A DNA stretch of 64,000 nucleotides, from NCBI RefSeq assembly GCF_964194155.1, contig NW_027596437.1:124001-188000 (forward strand). Reading direction: 5' to 3'. The notes under the pieces are model-generated. The model saw only the letters and a program-made list of their open reading frames with translations. It ran no database searches and had not been told where the DNA came from. This DNA comes from Cetorhinus maximus (lineage: Eukaryota). This document shows positions 49,636-61,602 of this stretch, one piece after another. The first letter of the stretch is position 1. Every line of letters begins with the position of its first letter. The translations under genes were made by a program, and so were the position numbers.

Positions 49636-50040
49636 GAAACATTCACTCCCTCCACCACCGATGCACAGTGGCAGCAGAGTGTACCATCTACAAGACGCAC
49701 TGCAGCAACTCACCAAGTCTCCTTAGATAGCACCTCCCAAACCCATGACCATGACCATCTAGAAGGACAAGGGTAGCAGATAGGTGGGAACACCACCATC
49801 TGGAAGTTCCTCACCAAGTCACTCACTATCCTGACTTGGAAATACATCGGCCGTTCCTTCACTGTCGCTGGGTCAAAATCCTTGAACTCCCTCCCTAACG
49901 GCAATGTGGGTTTACCTACACCACATGGACTGCAACGGTTCAAGAAGGCAGCTCACCCCCACCTTCTCAAGGGGCAATTTGGGATGGGCAATAAATGCTG
50001 GGCCAGCCGGGGAAGCCCACATCCCATGAACGAATAAATT
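49636..50040 (+). mobile_element. HER1-type LINE 3' fragment
   Basis: Same tail as 16680-17090. Confidence 0.8.
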
Positions 50041-50227
50041 TTTTAAAAATGCAATACTTAAGTCATTAATTTTGAAAGGATTTTTGCCCTATTTAATGGA
50101 TAATCTCTCAATTCAAATTGTAAACAATAGATTTTCTTTATGGCCAATATGAAGTATTTGTATCCATGTTCGTGCCTACACTGTTGCCAGGGTCGATAAT
50201 TCCATTTTTTGTTTTATTTAGTTTCAG

Positions 50228-50314
50228 AATAAGTGCACACACTCGGAAGATGTCAAACTTTGCACTTTAATGGTCCAGTCAAACGGGAGCACCATTGTGA
50301 GTAAAAAGAAATTG
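50228..50314 (+). pseudogene. drd2l: 87-nt ICL3 exon equivalent to the DRD2 long-isoform exon
   Basis: tttcag|NKCTHSEDVKLCTLMVQSNGSTIVSKKKL|gtaagg, 29 aa; compare [29 protein letters not shown]. Confidence 0.9.
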
Positions 50315-51215
50315 GTAAGGCTTCATCTGGAGACATCAGAATCCTCGGAGCTGACTGACAAATTCTAGTTCAATTTGAGTGGCCGAAATTCCCACTTGTC
50401 ACTAAGGTCACCAATCATTCCAAAGGTCATTGATCAACTCTCTTCCCATTCGCTGCCATCGCACGGAATCTCAATGGACCCAAACCTCTTCCCACTCACT
50501 CCCATTGTACACAATCCCAATGGAACAAGCCCCTTCTCCTTCACTCCTATTGCACAGAATGTCAATAGATCAATCCATTCCCATCGCACAGAACCCTAAT
50601 TTCTTTCACTTCCATGGAGAGATCGGAGAAGTTGGGATTGTTCTCCTTAGAGCAGAGAAGGTTCAGAGAGAGATTTAATCGAGGTGGGTGAAATCATGAG
50701 GGGTTCGGATAGAGTAAATAAGGATAAACTGTTTCCTGTGTCAGGAGGGTCAGTAACCAGAGGGACACAGATTGAAGAAAATCAGTAAAAGAAAGAGTGA
50801 GATAGATGAGGAGATTTTTTTTCCTTTTTACACGGTGAGTTGCTATGATCTGGAAGGCGCTGCCTGAAAGGGCGGTGGAAGCAGATTCAGTAGGAACTTT
50901 CAAAAGGGGAATTGGGTAAATAGTTGAAGGGGAATGATTTGCTGGGCTGTTGGGCAAAGAGCGGGAAAAAGTGTGGGACTAATTAGAAAGCTCTTTCAAA
51001 GAGCCAGCAGAGGCTCGATGGGCTTAATGGCCTTCTCCTGTGCAGTATGATTCTGTGAACAAGTTAACTGCCCACACCCCATGTACAAAATGGTGACTTG
51101 GAGACAAGGGCCCTTTGTCATTCCCTTCCTTTTCCTCCCCTGTGATTTGTGTGCGCTCTGGTCTATGCTATTGGCTGTTGGTAACACCCATTTACTCTTC
51201 TTTTTGGCATCCTGG

Positions 51216-51552
51216 ACACTGGTACGAGAAGCAATCCCTTACTCTGAAGAATCTGAGGGAGCCCACTTTGTGGGGCCTCCCGAGAGGTCAAGGCCAACAG
51301 GAACTCCGCAGGCTTTCCAACTTGGGACCACTTCCGTATCCTGCCTGATGGCTGGTAAATGGAAGGCCCCTTCCTCCATCGATGCATCCAGGGACCCCGA
51401 GTGCGATGGCCAAGCAAGGTTCTTCAGGCGGACCGCTTTTGAGGTGCGGAGGGTGTCGGACGAGAAACAGGTGCCAGTGGCCAAATCAGCAGCGAAAGAA
51501 AACTGTCCCACCAGAAGGAGAAGAAAGCAACAAATGTTGGCGGTTGTCTTAG
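51216..51552 (+). pseudogene. drd2l: D2-type receptor exon (ICL3 to TM6 start)
   Basis: ...AFEVRR...RKLSHQKEKKAT (shifted frame) QMLAVVLG|gtgag; the acceptor appears mutated (cctgg|ACA), so the 5' boundary is approximate. Confidence 0.75.
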
Positions 51553-51564
51553 GTGAGTCGAGAA

Positions 51565-52205
51565 CAAACTAGAACAATAGGCTATGTTCCACCGAGTCAC
51601 AATGATCTAGAACAATAGCCCAAGATCCACAGTCTCAGTGGTCTAGAACAATTGGTTAGGTGCTGTTGTGCCACAATGATCGAGAATAGGCAAACGTCTA
51701 CCGGTTCTTACAATGATCTAGAACAACAGACCGATTTCTATGTAGTTACAAGTATCTAGAACAATAGGCGAAGTTCCATTGTGTCTCAATGATTTAGAAG
51801 AACAGGATAGATTCCATGGATCTTGCAATGATCATGGACTGTAGGCTAAATTACATGCTCTATAACTGTGGACTAACTTCAATAGTCCTGAAATGATCTA
51901 GAAAATAGGCAAAGTTGCCTTGTAGCACAATGATCTAGAACCATAAGTTAAGTTGCATTGTAGCACAATGATTTAGATCATCAGTCCAAGTTCTATGGGT
52001 TTTGCTGTAATCTAGAACAATAGGCTGCATTCCACCAGACCACAACGTTCTAGAGCAATAGGCCAAGCTGCACGGAAATGTAATTATCTAGACTAATTGG
52101 CTGTGTATGGTGTTACCATACTCCCAGTAGATTAGTCTGAGTCCTATAGTGTTACAATGATCTAGAACAATAGGCTAAGTTGTATGGAATCGCTCTGTTC
52201 TAGGA
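51565..52205. repeat. Degenerate ~38-bp tandem repeat (~16-17 units)
   Basis: acaatgatctagaacaataggc core recurring about every 38 bp. Confidence 0.8.
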
Positions 52206-52437
52206 TTGGATTCTATGCCGATGATACCAAATTTGTAAGCTTGTGTGCCAGAGATGTAATGTGAATTTTATCAAAGAACTAGCAACTGTAAGTAATTAAT
52301 GGATGCCCTGTTGCCAAATAGTTGAGGAGCTCTGAGTGGTGTAGGAACCCTTTCACGAGTCACTGCATTGCGATGACAAATGGCCCACATGTGCATTGAC
52401 AACTCTTTTCCTCTCTCTCTCTCTGTCGGATTGGCAG

Positions 52438-52625
52438 GCGTCTTCATCATCTGCTGGCTGCCGTTTTTCATCACTCACATCCTGAACGTCCACTGCCAGA
52501 CGTGCTACATCCCGCCAGCGCTCTACAGCGCCTGCGCCTGGCTGGGTTACGTCATCAACCCCATCATCTACACGACCTTCAACGTGGAGTTCCGCAAAGC
52601 CATCATGAAGATCTTGCATTGCTGA
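52438..52625 (+). pseudogene. drd2l: D2-type receptor last exon (TM6-TM7-helix 8)
   Basis: cag|[17 protein letters not shown]...[28 protein letters not shown]. Confidence 0.92.
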
Positions 52626-53119
52626 AGCTGGAACAGGGACTGACTCTGGAACAGGGACTGAGAGCCAAGCGGACCAGACCATGAGACTTGCAACTGATGT
52701 CTCCACACGAGAGACACGGGCTTTTAAGGATCCCAGACTATAAACACCTTGTCTCTGCTGTCTTCACCACACCATAACAGGAAGCCAGAATGATCCCTTC
52801 CTGCCAAAGTTGGAGGAACATGAGTGTACCACACACTGGCACCTTCTGAACACGACAATAAAAGGATGAGTGCTCACACCACAATGTTATGTAGTTTAAA
52901 TTCAGTCTCTCTACACCTAAACACCTTCCATCGCCACCTACTCTGAGTTTAGTTGTTGCGTTCCTTACTGAAGTTCCCACTTGCTGGCACCCAAACTAGT
53001 ATCCTCAGAATTAAACGCAACCCTTGATCATTGTGCCACCACGAAATGTAACGTATGGGTGATGTGGAGATGAGCAGAGAGACATTAGCCCAAACCTAAA
53101 GGTGGCAGGTACCTAATTT

Positions 53120-53495
53120 TCCGTTCATTCATGGCTGGCATTTATTGCCCCTCCCTCATTTCCCCTTGAGAAGATGATGGGGATTTGCCTTCTTGAATTC
53201 CACTGAGTGGCTTGCAAGGCCATTGCAGAGGGCAGCTAGGAGTCAACCACATTGCTGTGGTTCTGGAATCACATGCAGGCCAGACCGGGTAAGGATGACA
53301 GATTTCCTTCCCTAAAGGACATTAATGAACCAGATGGTTTTTTACAACAAGAATGATAGTATCGTGATCACTGTTACTCACTTTTAATTCCAGATTCATT
53401 TAATGAACCTAATTTAAATTCCTTCTGGCCATGGTGGGATTTGAACTCACGTCTCCTGATTATTAGTCCAGTAACATGACCACAAGGCTACTGTT
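53120..53495 (-). mobile_element. HE1-type SINE
   Basis: Reverse complement of the 39953-40340 family. Confidence 0.75.
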
Positions 53496-54219
53496 CAACT
53501 CAACAGAGTTGATAAAGTGATAATAAAAGCAAATGGGTTCCTTGAGTTTAGAAATGGAGGCACAGAATATAAAAGCAATGTGATTGTACCAGAACTTGCA
53601 TGACTGTCCTTTCAGAGAGCCAGCACAGTCACAATGGGCCAAATGGCCATCTTCTGTGCTCTAATTTAATGCCAACGTAAGCCTTTTCTTCTCCTTAATC
53701 CACTCTTGGACAGAGATAATGCCTCGAAGCAGTGAATATACTGAGAAATATACGCAATTCTCCTGATTCCCGTTTGGGTAGAGATGTGACCTCTGTCCTT
53801 GTCTCACTTTACAGATTGTGATGGAAAGCTCAAATCTTTATAGATCTCTAGTCATGCACACTGTGCTAGATGCTTCAGCAAAGCTGTCCCAGAAACGAGA
53901 TGGTGCCTGAAAAAAAATGCCATATGCCAATCTGTCCACCATCAAGTTAGAATTTGAGACAATAAGTGATCACTGTTTTAAAAAAAACCGTTCACAGGAT
54001 GTGGGCTACGTTGGCTGGGCCAGCATTTATTGTCCATCCCCAATCGCCCCTTGAGAAGTTGGTGTTGAGCTGCCTTCTTGAACCGCTGCAGTCCATGTGG
54101 TGTAGGTACACCCACGCTGCTGTTAGGGAGGGAGTTCCAGGATTTTGACCCAGCGACAGTGAAGGAACGGCGATATATTTCCAAGTCTGGATTTCCACCT
54201 TGGCTGGAGAGGCAGAACG

Positions 54220-54520
54220 GGGGCGGGGGCGGGGTGGCGGGGTTGTTGGTGGGTGGGTGGTGGGTGGGTGGTGGGTGGGTGGGTGGTGGGGTGACGGGTG
54301 GGTGGGTGGGTGGTGGGGTGGGTGGTGGGTGGGTGGGTGGGTGGTGGGGTAGTGGGGTGGTGGGTGGGTGGTGGGGTGGTGGTGGGGTGGTGGTGGGGTG
54401 GTGGTGGGGTGGTGGTGGGGTGGTGGTGGGGTGGTGGTGGGGTGGTGGTGGGGTGGTGGTGGGGTGGTGGTGGGGTGGTGGTGGGGTGGTGGTGGGGTGG
54501 TGGTGGGGTGATGGGTGGGC
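54220..54520. repeat. G-rich (GGT/GGGT)n simple repeat
   Basis: Seen directly; G-quadruplex-prone. Confidence 0.95.
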
Positions 54521-54969
54521 GGGCCGGCGCAGCCTCAGGATAAAGGGTTGGCAATTTTGGACTGAGATGAGGAGAAACCTCTTCGCTCAGAGCATTGTGA
54601 ACCTTTGGAATTCCCTGCCCTAAAAAATTGTGGATGCTCAGACGTTGAGTATATTCAAGACTGAGATTGATACGTTTTTGGATATTAAGGGATATGGGGA
54701 TATGTCAGGCGAGGAAGTGGAGTGAGGTAGAAGATCAGCTACGATCTTATTGAATGGCGGAGCAGGCCCGAGGGGCTGAATATTCTCCTTCTGCTCCATG
54801 CTGGCCCCTTCTTGCCTAATAATCTATTGTCTGACTGATTAAACTTCGCCATTCAGTATAACCTTAGCAGTGCACTCAGCTAAATTGTACAGTGACACAC
54901 TAAACTCAGGAGCATCTTGGGGGGATGAACAATTTCAACCATTTCTTTAAGTAACATTCGTGAATCGTT

Positions 54970-55690
54970 AAGTGCCAGGCAATGACAATTGCCAACAAGA
55001 GAGAATCTAACCATCTCCCCTTGATGTTCAATGACATTACCATCACTGAAACCCCCACTATCAACACCCTGGGAGGTTACCATTGGCCAGAAACTGAACT
55101 GGACGAGCCATATAAAATACTATCGCTACAAGAGCTACAGACTGGGAATTCTGAGGTGAGTAACTCACCTCCTGACTTCCCAAAGCCTGTCCACCATCTA
55201 CAAGGCACAAGTCAGGTGTGTGATGGAATACTCTTCACTTGCCTGTATGAGTGTAGCTCCCACAACACACAAGAAGCTCGACAGAATCCAGGACAAAGCA
55301 GCCCGCTTGATTGGCACCACATCCACAAACATTCACTCCCTCCACCACCGACGCACAATGGCAGCAGTGTGCCCCATCTACAAGATGCACTGCAGCAACT
55401 CACCAAGGATCCTTTGACAGTACGTCCAAAACCTGCAACCTGCACCGCCACGAAGGACGAGGGCAGCAGATAAATGGGAACACCACCACCTGGAAGTTCT
55501 CCTCCACGTCACATACTATCCTGACTTGGAAGTATATCGCCGTTCCTTCACTATCGCTGGAACTCCCTCCCTAACAGCACTGTGGGTGTACCTCCACCAC
55601 AGGGTCTGCAGCTGTTCAAGAAGGCAGCTCACCACCACCTTCTCAAGGGGCAATTAGGAATGGGAAATAAATGAAAGAATGAAAAAACAA
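54970..55690 (+). mobile_element. HER1-type LINE 3' fragment
   Basis: Similar to 16320-17090. Confidence 0.8.
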
Positions 55691-55989
55691 TTTTACAACA
55701 GGACAAACTATCTTTAAGTTTTTTTTTAAAGTTTTTAATTTTAACCATACCAATTCCTAGCCCTGTGTAAGCATGTCTAGAGGATTGGGGTATTAAACGT
55801 CATACATTGATAGAGACAGCAAGAAGATGGCCAGTAATCATTGATCCATCCCAATAATTTCTTAGTTCCACAGGAAGGTGTGTTGCATGGAGCACATCAA
55901 AGGTAACAAGCAATTCAGTTGAAGAGAATTAGCTGCTAAAAGCCAACTGGAGAAGACAGGGCCTCAGTTTAATGTGTCATCCGAATGTC

Positions 55990-56545
55990 ATCCCTCCGAC
56001 AGTGCAGCATTCCTTCAATACTGATCCTCCATCAATGCAGTGCTCCCTGAGTACTGACCCTCCGACAGGGCAGCACTCCCTCAGTACTGACCCTCCAACA
56101 GTCTAGCATTCCTTCAGTACTCACCCTCTGACAGTGCAGCACTCCCACAGTACTGACGGTCCAACAGTGCAGCACTCTCTCAGCATTGACCCTCCGACAG
56201 TGCAGCACTCCCTCAGTACTGACCCTCCGACAGGGCGGCGCTGCCTCAGTACTCACCCTCCCCACCCCTAACAGTGCAGCACACCCTCAGTACATCTTGC
56301 CTTCAGTGCTGACCCTCTAAGAGGCAGTACTCCCTCTGTACTGATCCCCGCTCCAACACTGCAGCACTCTCTCAGTACTGACCCTCCAACAATGCAGCGC
56401 TCCTCATTTCTGACCCTCTGACAGTGCAGCGCTCCCTCAGTACTGACCCTCTGACAGTGCAGATCATCCTCAGTGCTGACCCTCTGACAGTGCAGCAGTT
56501 CCTCAGTCCTGACCCTCTGACAGTGCAGATCATCCTCAGTACTGG
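55990..56545. repeat. 33-bp minisatellite expanded from a Deu-SINE segment (~16 copies)
   Basis: cagtgcagcactccctcagtactgaccctccga units, flanked by SINE sequence. Confidence 0.85.
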
Positions 56546-57029
56546 CACTGAGGAGTGTGAGACTTGATGTTGTGTTCATCTCTTTGGAATGGGACTACAA
56601 ATCTGCAACCTTTTGATTCGGGGGCGAGATTACTACCCCTTGCTCCCTGACTACTATTTAACTGTCGTGTCCTAAGGGGGTGGCCATTTCACTTGACCAT
56701 TATCATGTCTAAGTGGATGCAACATTTCACAGCTGCTTTCTGAGTCAAGTTAGTCATTTTGGATGCCCATTTGCTTCCATTAACCAATAATTGCCTCAAT
56801 CAGATGGTGGAGATGTTACATAATAAATATTCTGAGAGGCGACAATGAGTCAATGGAAACTGGGCTGCACCTTTTTCAAATTGACATAGGTGCTTCAGTT
56901 AAGTAGTCAGAAGAGAACAATTAGCATTATATAAAAGCTGTGGGAGCATTTGGCAGAGTTGTGTGATTGGATGGTTAGTGGAGGATATTCAGCCAGGTAA
57001 GTGGATGATGGGCCTTCAGTTGAAGACCA

Positions 57030-57595
57030 ACAGGAAATGTTGGGAGCAATCAGCAGACTGGCCACTATCTGTGGAGAGAAAGGAGAAAAACAAGTAGAGT
57101 TAATGTTTCAGGCTGAGGACCTCTTATCAGAACTGAGTAAAGATAGAAATGGAATAGATTTTCAGCAAGTGGAGATGATTGCTTTCAAAATTGAAATGTA
57201 AGTGATTGAGGGATGAGAGGTTTCATGGTGTGGTGTCAAGGGAATTAGTTTTGGGATAAGTAAAGAAGCAAAATGTGTCTATAGGTGTGAATGGCAGAAT
57301 TTTTAAGAGCAGCTGTTGTCTGAATGCTTAAAAAAAAAGTAAAAATGAAACTGGCAAAGGGAACAAAATGGGGGCAGAGATTAGTCTGAAATTGTTGAAC
57401 TTTGAAGGCTATAGGTAGTGTCTGATTCGAGAGATGAAGTGCTGTTCCTTGGGCTTCACTGGAATAGTGGAGCAGGCTGAGGACAGAGGTTGGAGTGATG
57501 AAGTGCTGTTCCTTGGGCTTCACTGACTAGTGGAGCAGGCTGAGGACAGAGGTTGGAGTGAGAGTAAGGTAGAGAATTAAAATGGCTGGTAACAG
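57030..57595 (-). mobile_element. Penelope 3' end with internal tandem duplication
   Basis: LSLLHYSSEAQ / EQHFI endonuclease-end remnant; ~64-bp duplication at 57434-57560; pseudo-LTR arm at 57030-57135. Confidence 0.65.
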
Positions 57596-58789
57596 TTTTT
57601 GTGAACTATTGAGGAAAAAACCCATTGTTCCCCTCATCTTGGGTCATAGCACTACTATCCGTTTTTAGCATGCTTGTTACTTCTGTGGTGAGTGAGGAAC
57701 CTAAAAGCTCTTGAAGCAACGTTCCCTTTGCGTTTTTGGAAATTTGAATTGCTGAGCAGCTCCTTGTCTGTCCTTCCACTAAACAAAATAGGGTGGCTCT
57801 GAATGTTTCCAGTGAGCTCAGAGACTTTTCCAAAACCATTAAAGTTTCTTAGTGAATGATTCATGGAATAACATGTCCAAGAGGAAGAAGGCTATTTGTG
57901 TTGGTTTATTTGAAAGAGCTACCTTTTTGTCCTGTAATTGTGACTGGTAGTGCAGAATTGATCCTCCTTTAATACGACTAATGTTTGTTGGAGCTGTTGG
58001 CCTCCAGCCTAAACCAGAAAACTGATTTGAAATTGAGATAGAAATGGTTTGTGGGAGAGGGAAAGTGAATGTTTGGTGTCTGTAATTAATTTCCAGTCCC
58101 TTTTTAGCACGATGTAATCTCAGTTGAATAATGCTGTTTTGGTGGAGATATATGTTAAATCTAAATGTGCTAAGCACTGCAGTGATAGATTAATCAGGCC
58201 ATTGAGCAGCTTTGCACAATTAATTTGATTTGAAATGCTATTGATTTTCCTGACAAATAACGATGCTCATTAATTTGAGTTGCTAGTCTAGAGTTCTGAC
58301 TGAGTTGTAATGTTACATTATTTTACAGTGAAAAATCTGACTTTGTTCTAAATTGGATATTCTGGCTTGTTTTTTTGAGAATCACCCAATCATGTTCCCT
58401 AGTACTTAGCTTTTATATGCTGACTGGGGTCTTTAAACATATGAATGTGATTATAATAGGTTTCCATTTGTGGGGGAGACCAGATCTAGGAATCATCAAT
58501 ATAAGATTGTGACTAATAAATCCAGTGGAGAATTCAAGAGGAACTTCTTTACCCAGAGAGTGGAGGAGAATGTGGAACTCGCTCCCACAAGGAGTAGTTG
58601 AGGTATTTAGTGTAGATGTATTTATCCATCTTTCCCCTTTAAATACATTAGGGAAATGGGAATAGAGGTATACGGAGTTAAGTGGGAGGAGGCTTGACTG
58701 GAGCATTACCACTGGTGTGGGGAGGAGGGGTTGTGTTGGGTTTCCCTATGTTCCAAAGAAAATATTGATTGATATATACTCTAGATTCA

Positions 58790-59215
58790 CAATGATTCCT
58801 GGGATGAAGAACTGTAACTATAAGGATAAGCTGGGACTCTCGGAGAAAATAAGGCTGAGAAGAGACTAGATAAGAGATTCAAGATCCTGAGGGGTATGGA
58901 CAGGGTAAATAGTGAGAAACTGTTCCCACTCAATAGAACATCAAGAACTAGAGGGCACAGATTCAAAATAATTGTGGGAAAAGCAGTAAATGTGATGTGA
59001 GGAAAATTTTTTCACCCAGAGGTTGGTCTGGAACGAACTTCCTGAAAGGGTAGTGGAGGCAGGTTCAACCGAGCCATTCAAAGGGAAATTGGATTTCTCC
59101 TTGAAAAGTGTGCGAGGTTACAGGGATAAGGCAGAGGAGTGGGACTAGGCAGAATGCTCTTTCAGAGAACCAGTGCAGACACAACGGGCCAAGTGTTGTC
59201 CTCTTGCACTGTAAA
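58790..59215 (+). mobile_element. CR1 3' fragment
   Basis: CR1 tail sequence. Confidence 0.7.
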
Positions 59216-61209
59216 GATACTTTTGGCATTGTAATATAGTATTTCTTAGATTGATGTGCAAATCAAAAGGTTGAATTTGAGTGGTTTGTTTAGTTCTATG
59301 CTGTCAGAATTGACTTCCCCTGGTCAGTGACCCTGATAGCCTGCTTGAGATCTTTTGAAGAAATGATTTACCCGCACACTAACATAGACAACTGGTCATA
59401 GAAGGCCCTGTGCCTTGCGGTTGTCCTCTCTACATCCGAGTAGAAATGGGTTTGGTTGACTTCTTACATATGGGACTTGCCTCCAATAGATGTAATTAAT
59501 TCTGCGTTTACTTACACTGCCGTCCAGCTGAATGCTAGACAATCACGGTTGACTATCTGCAGGCTAAACAGTTTCTGCTTTTGTACAGCACGGGGAGGCC
59601 ATTCAGCCCATCCTGCATGTACTGACTCATATCTGATTAGTTCTGCACTTGCGGTGTTCCCTGTAGCCTTAAAGTTCCACAAATAGGAATATTCATTTTA
59701 GAATCTGCTGCTGCCATCATTTCACAACCGTTTTTTAAAAAGAACTTTCTCGTGTTGCTACGGTTTTTTCAGCAACCCCCGTTTAAAATCTAACTCTGCT
59801 GCCATTGAACGGTTTGTGATTTTTTTTTTAAGAACCTCATGTCCTCTTAAGCTTCTCCATTCTCAAGAGAGCAATCCCAGCTTCTCCACGCTTTACCTGT
59901 ACGAGGAAAAGCTGATACTGATTATACCAAGGACTAGGAACACAGATTTTAGTTAAGGGGCGGGGGTAGGGGGTGGAAGAGGAGGAGGAGGAGAAGTGTG
60001 AAGAACATTTTTATTTTTAACACTGCGAGTGTGGTGCCCGTGAGGGGTGGTGGAAGTGGGGGGGATGAATGATTTCAAAAGTGGTGGCATTTTTTTCCCC
60101 AAGCATCAGTTTTGATGTGATCCAATTTTTATTAACCACTCCACAGCAAACTCGAGGGGAGAATCGGAGGAGTAGTTTATTTTACACGTACAAAGCAGGG
60201 TTTGCCACACCACACCCCCCACCCACTTTTACATTCATACAAAAGAGGGATAAAGGAAGAATTACAGGGCAAAGACCACAGAAAATAAAAATTATTTCAC
60301 TGGACTCCAGAATCAAAGGTCCAATGATGTATTCCTTTCAGAGTCGGCAGGTTGAAGACTAATCCTGGGTAATTCACTTTTCCAGTGCGCAGAACTTCTA
60401 TGATGAGATGAATTAGTCTTGTAGGCGCTGGTGCAGTAAGTTCTGGTAGAAACAGTGCAGATGGGGACTAGGGCCATTTAAACTTGGACAGAGTCCTGGC
60501 TCTGCTGCCACTTGCTCTATGGAAGATAGCAATCTGCTTCGCAGTTCCACAAGGCAGGGTAACTGGTTCTCCCAGCTAGGATGGTGGGGAAATCATGTGA
60601 TATGACTCTCACTTCTCCACTTTGGCCGGGACAAAGGATTTATTTATATTCCTTAGTCTGGATTCTTGATGGTTAATGTTTCAACCATTAATCATTTCCA
60701 AGAGGTTTTGGAGTCCTTTGAACTATCAGACTGGTCTTCTCTGTTGGCCAGGCCTTGGCCTTAGAAATGTAATTGGTCTTTGTACAATTTCCTTGGATTT
60801 GATCTTTGCAGTCACAACAATCATTGGCGTCTCTTCAGAGATAACGAAGTGGCAGTTGTTCTGAGTGCCAGGAAGTTACTTTTGTTTGAGTCAGCCAGCA
60901 ATGGCTCCAGTCATTTGAAAGCCTTCATCCAGGTTTTTTTAAACATGTAATTTAGCCACTTAAGTTTTATAAAAATAGTGATCTTGGCTACAGGACAGCA
61001 GAATATGCAGGACTACAGGGGAATGGCACTAGCTGAATTGCTCAGTTGACAGATCGAATGGCCTCCTTGTGTGACAAATCTTGTTGTTGTATCTAGCAGA
61101 CTAGCACGCAAGAGATTAAAATCAGGCGTCCATCTATACGAAGTGGCCTGTCTGTTTCCTCAAGGCCTGAGAAAAAGGTGACTTCCCTCAGTTGGCACTG
61201 AGTTAAATT

Positions 61210-61460
61210 TTTTATTCATTCATGGGGCGTGGGTGTCAGAATTAACCGCATGTAGGCCAGACCAGATAAGGACAGCAGCAGATTTCCTTCCCGAAAGGGC
61301 ATTAGTGAACCAGATGGGTTCGTGGCCGTCACTAGATTTTTAGTACCAGATTTTTATGGAATTCTAATTCCACCATCTGCCATGGCAGGATTTGAACCCG
61401 GGCCCATACAGCATTGCCCTGTGTCTCTGGATTACTAGTGCCATCCATTATGTGGCACCT
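61210..61460 (-). mobile_element. HE1-type SINE
   Basis: agatttccttcccgaaagggcattagtgaaccagatggg...ggatttgaacccggg. Confidence 0.75.
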
Positions 61461-61602
61461 CCACTCCCTCTCTTCTCCCACGTGTGTTTGTGGGTCTTAG
61501 AAACGGAAGGAGGACTCTTGGAGCTCATCGGTGTGTTCATTCTTTCTTCTATGCTGTAGATTAGATTCTAACTATGGTTTATTTTTCTCTCAGTTTACGA
61601 GC

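Larger units (their letters stand above)
38684..52625 (+). pseudogene. drd2l: D2-type dopamine receptor locus (probably drd2l), 7 coding exons, multiply disabled
   Basis: Exons 38684-38923, 47381-47463 (decayed), 47583-47711, 48897-49096, 50228-50314, 51216-51552 and 52438-52625 follow DRD2 exon structure; frameshift and motif losses present. Confidence 0.8.

Noticed and set aside
51565-52205. CRISPR-like repeat-spacer array
   Set aside because: Vertebrate intron, degenerate repeats, spacers related to one another, no cas genes.
38684-52625. Functional DRD2 or DRD3 gene
   Set aside because: The frameshift and loss of N1.50, W4.50 and TM7 NSA argue against function; the 87-nt exon and KILHC end are D2-type rather than D3-type.
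54078-54623. G/W/V-rich and P/H/T-rich ORFs
   Set aside because: Translation of a (GGT)n simple repeat between LINE fragments.
56032-56579. 11-aa repeat ORFs (LHCQRVSTEG)
   Set aside because: Translation of the 33-bp minisatellite.
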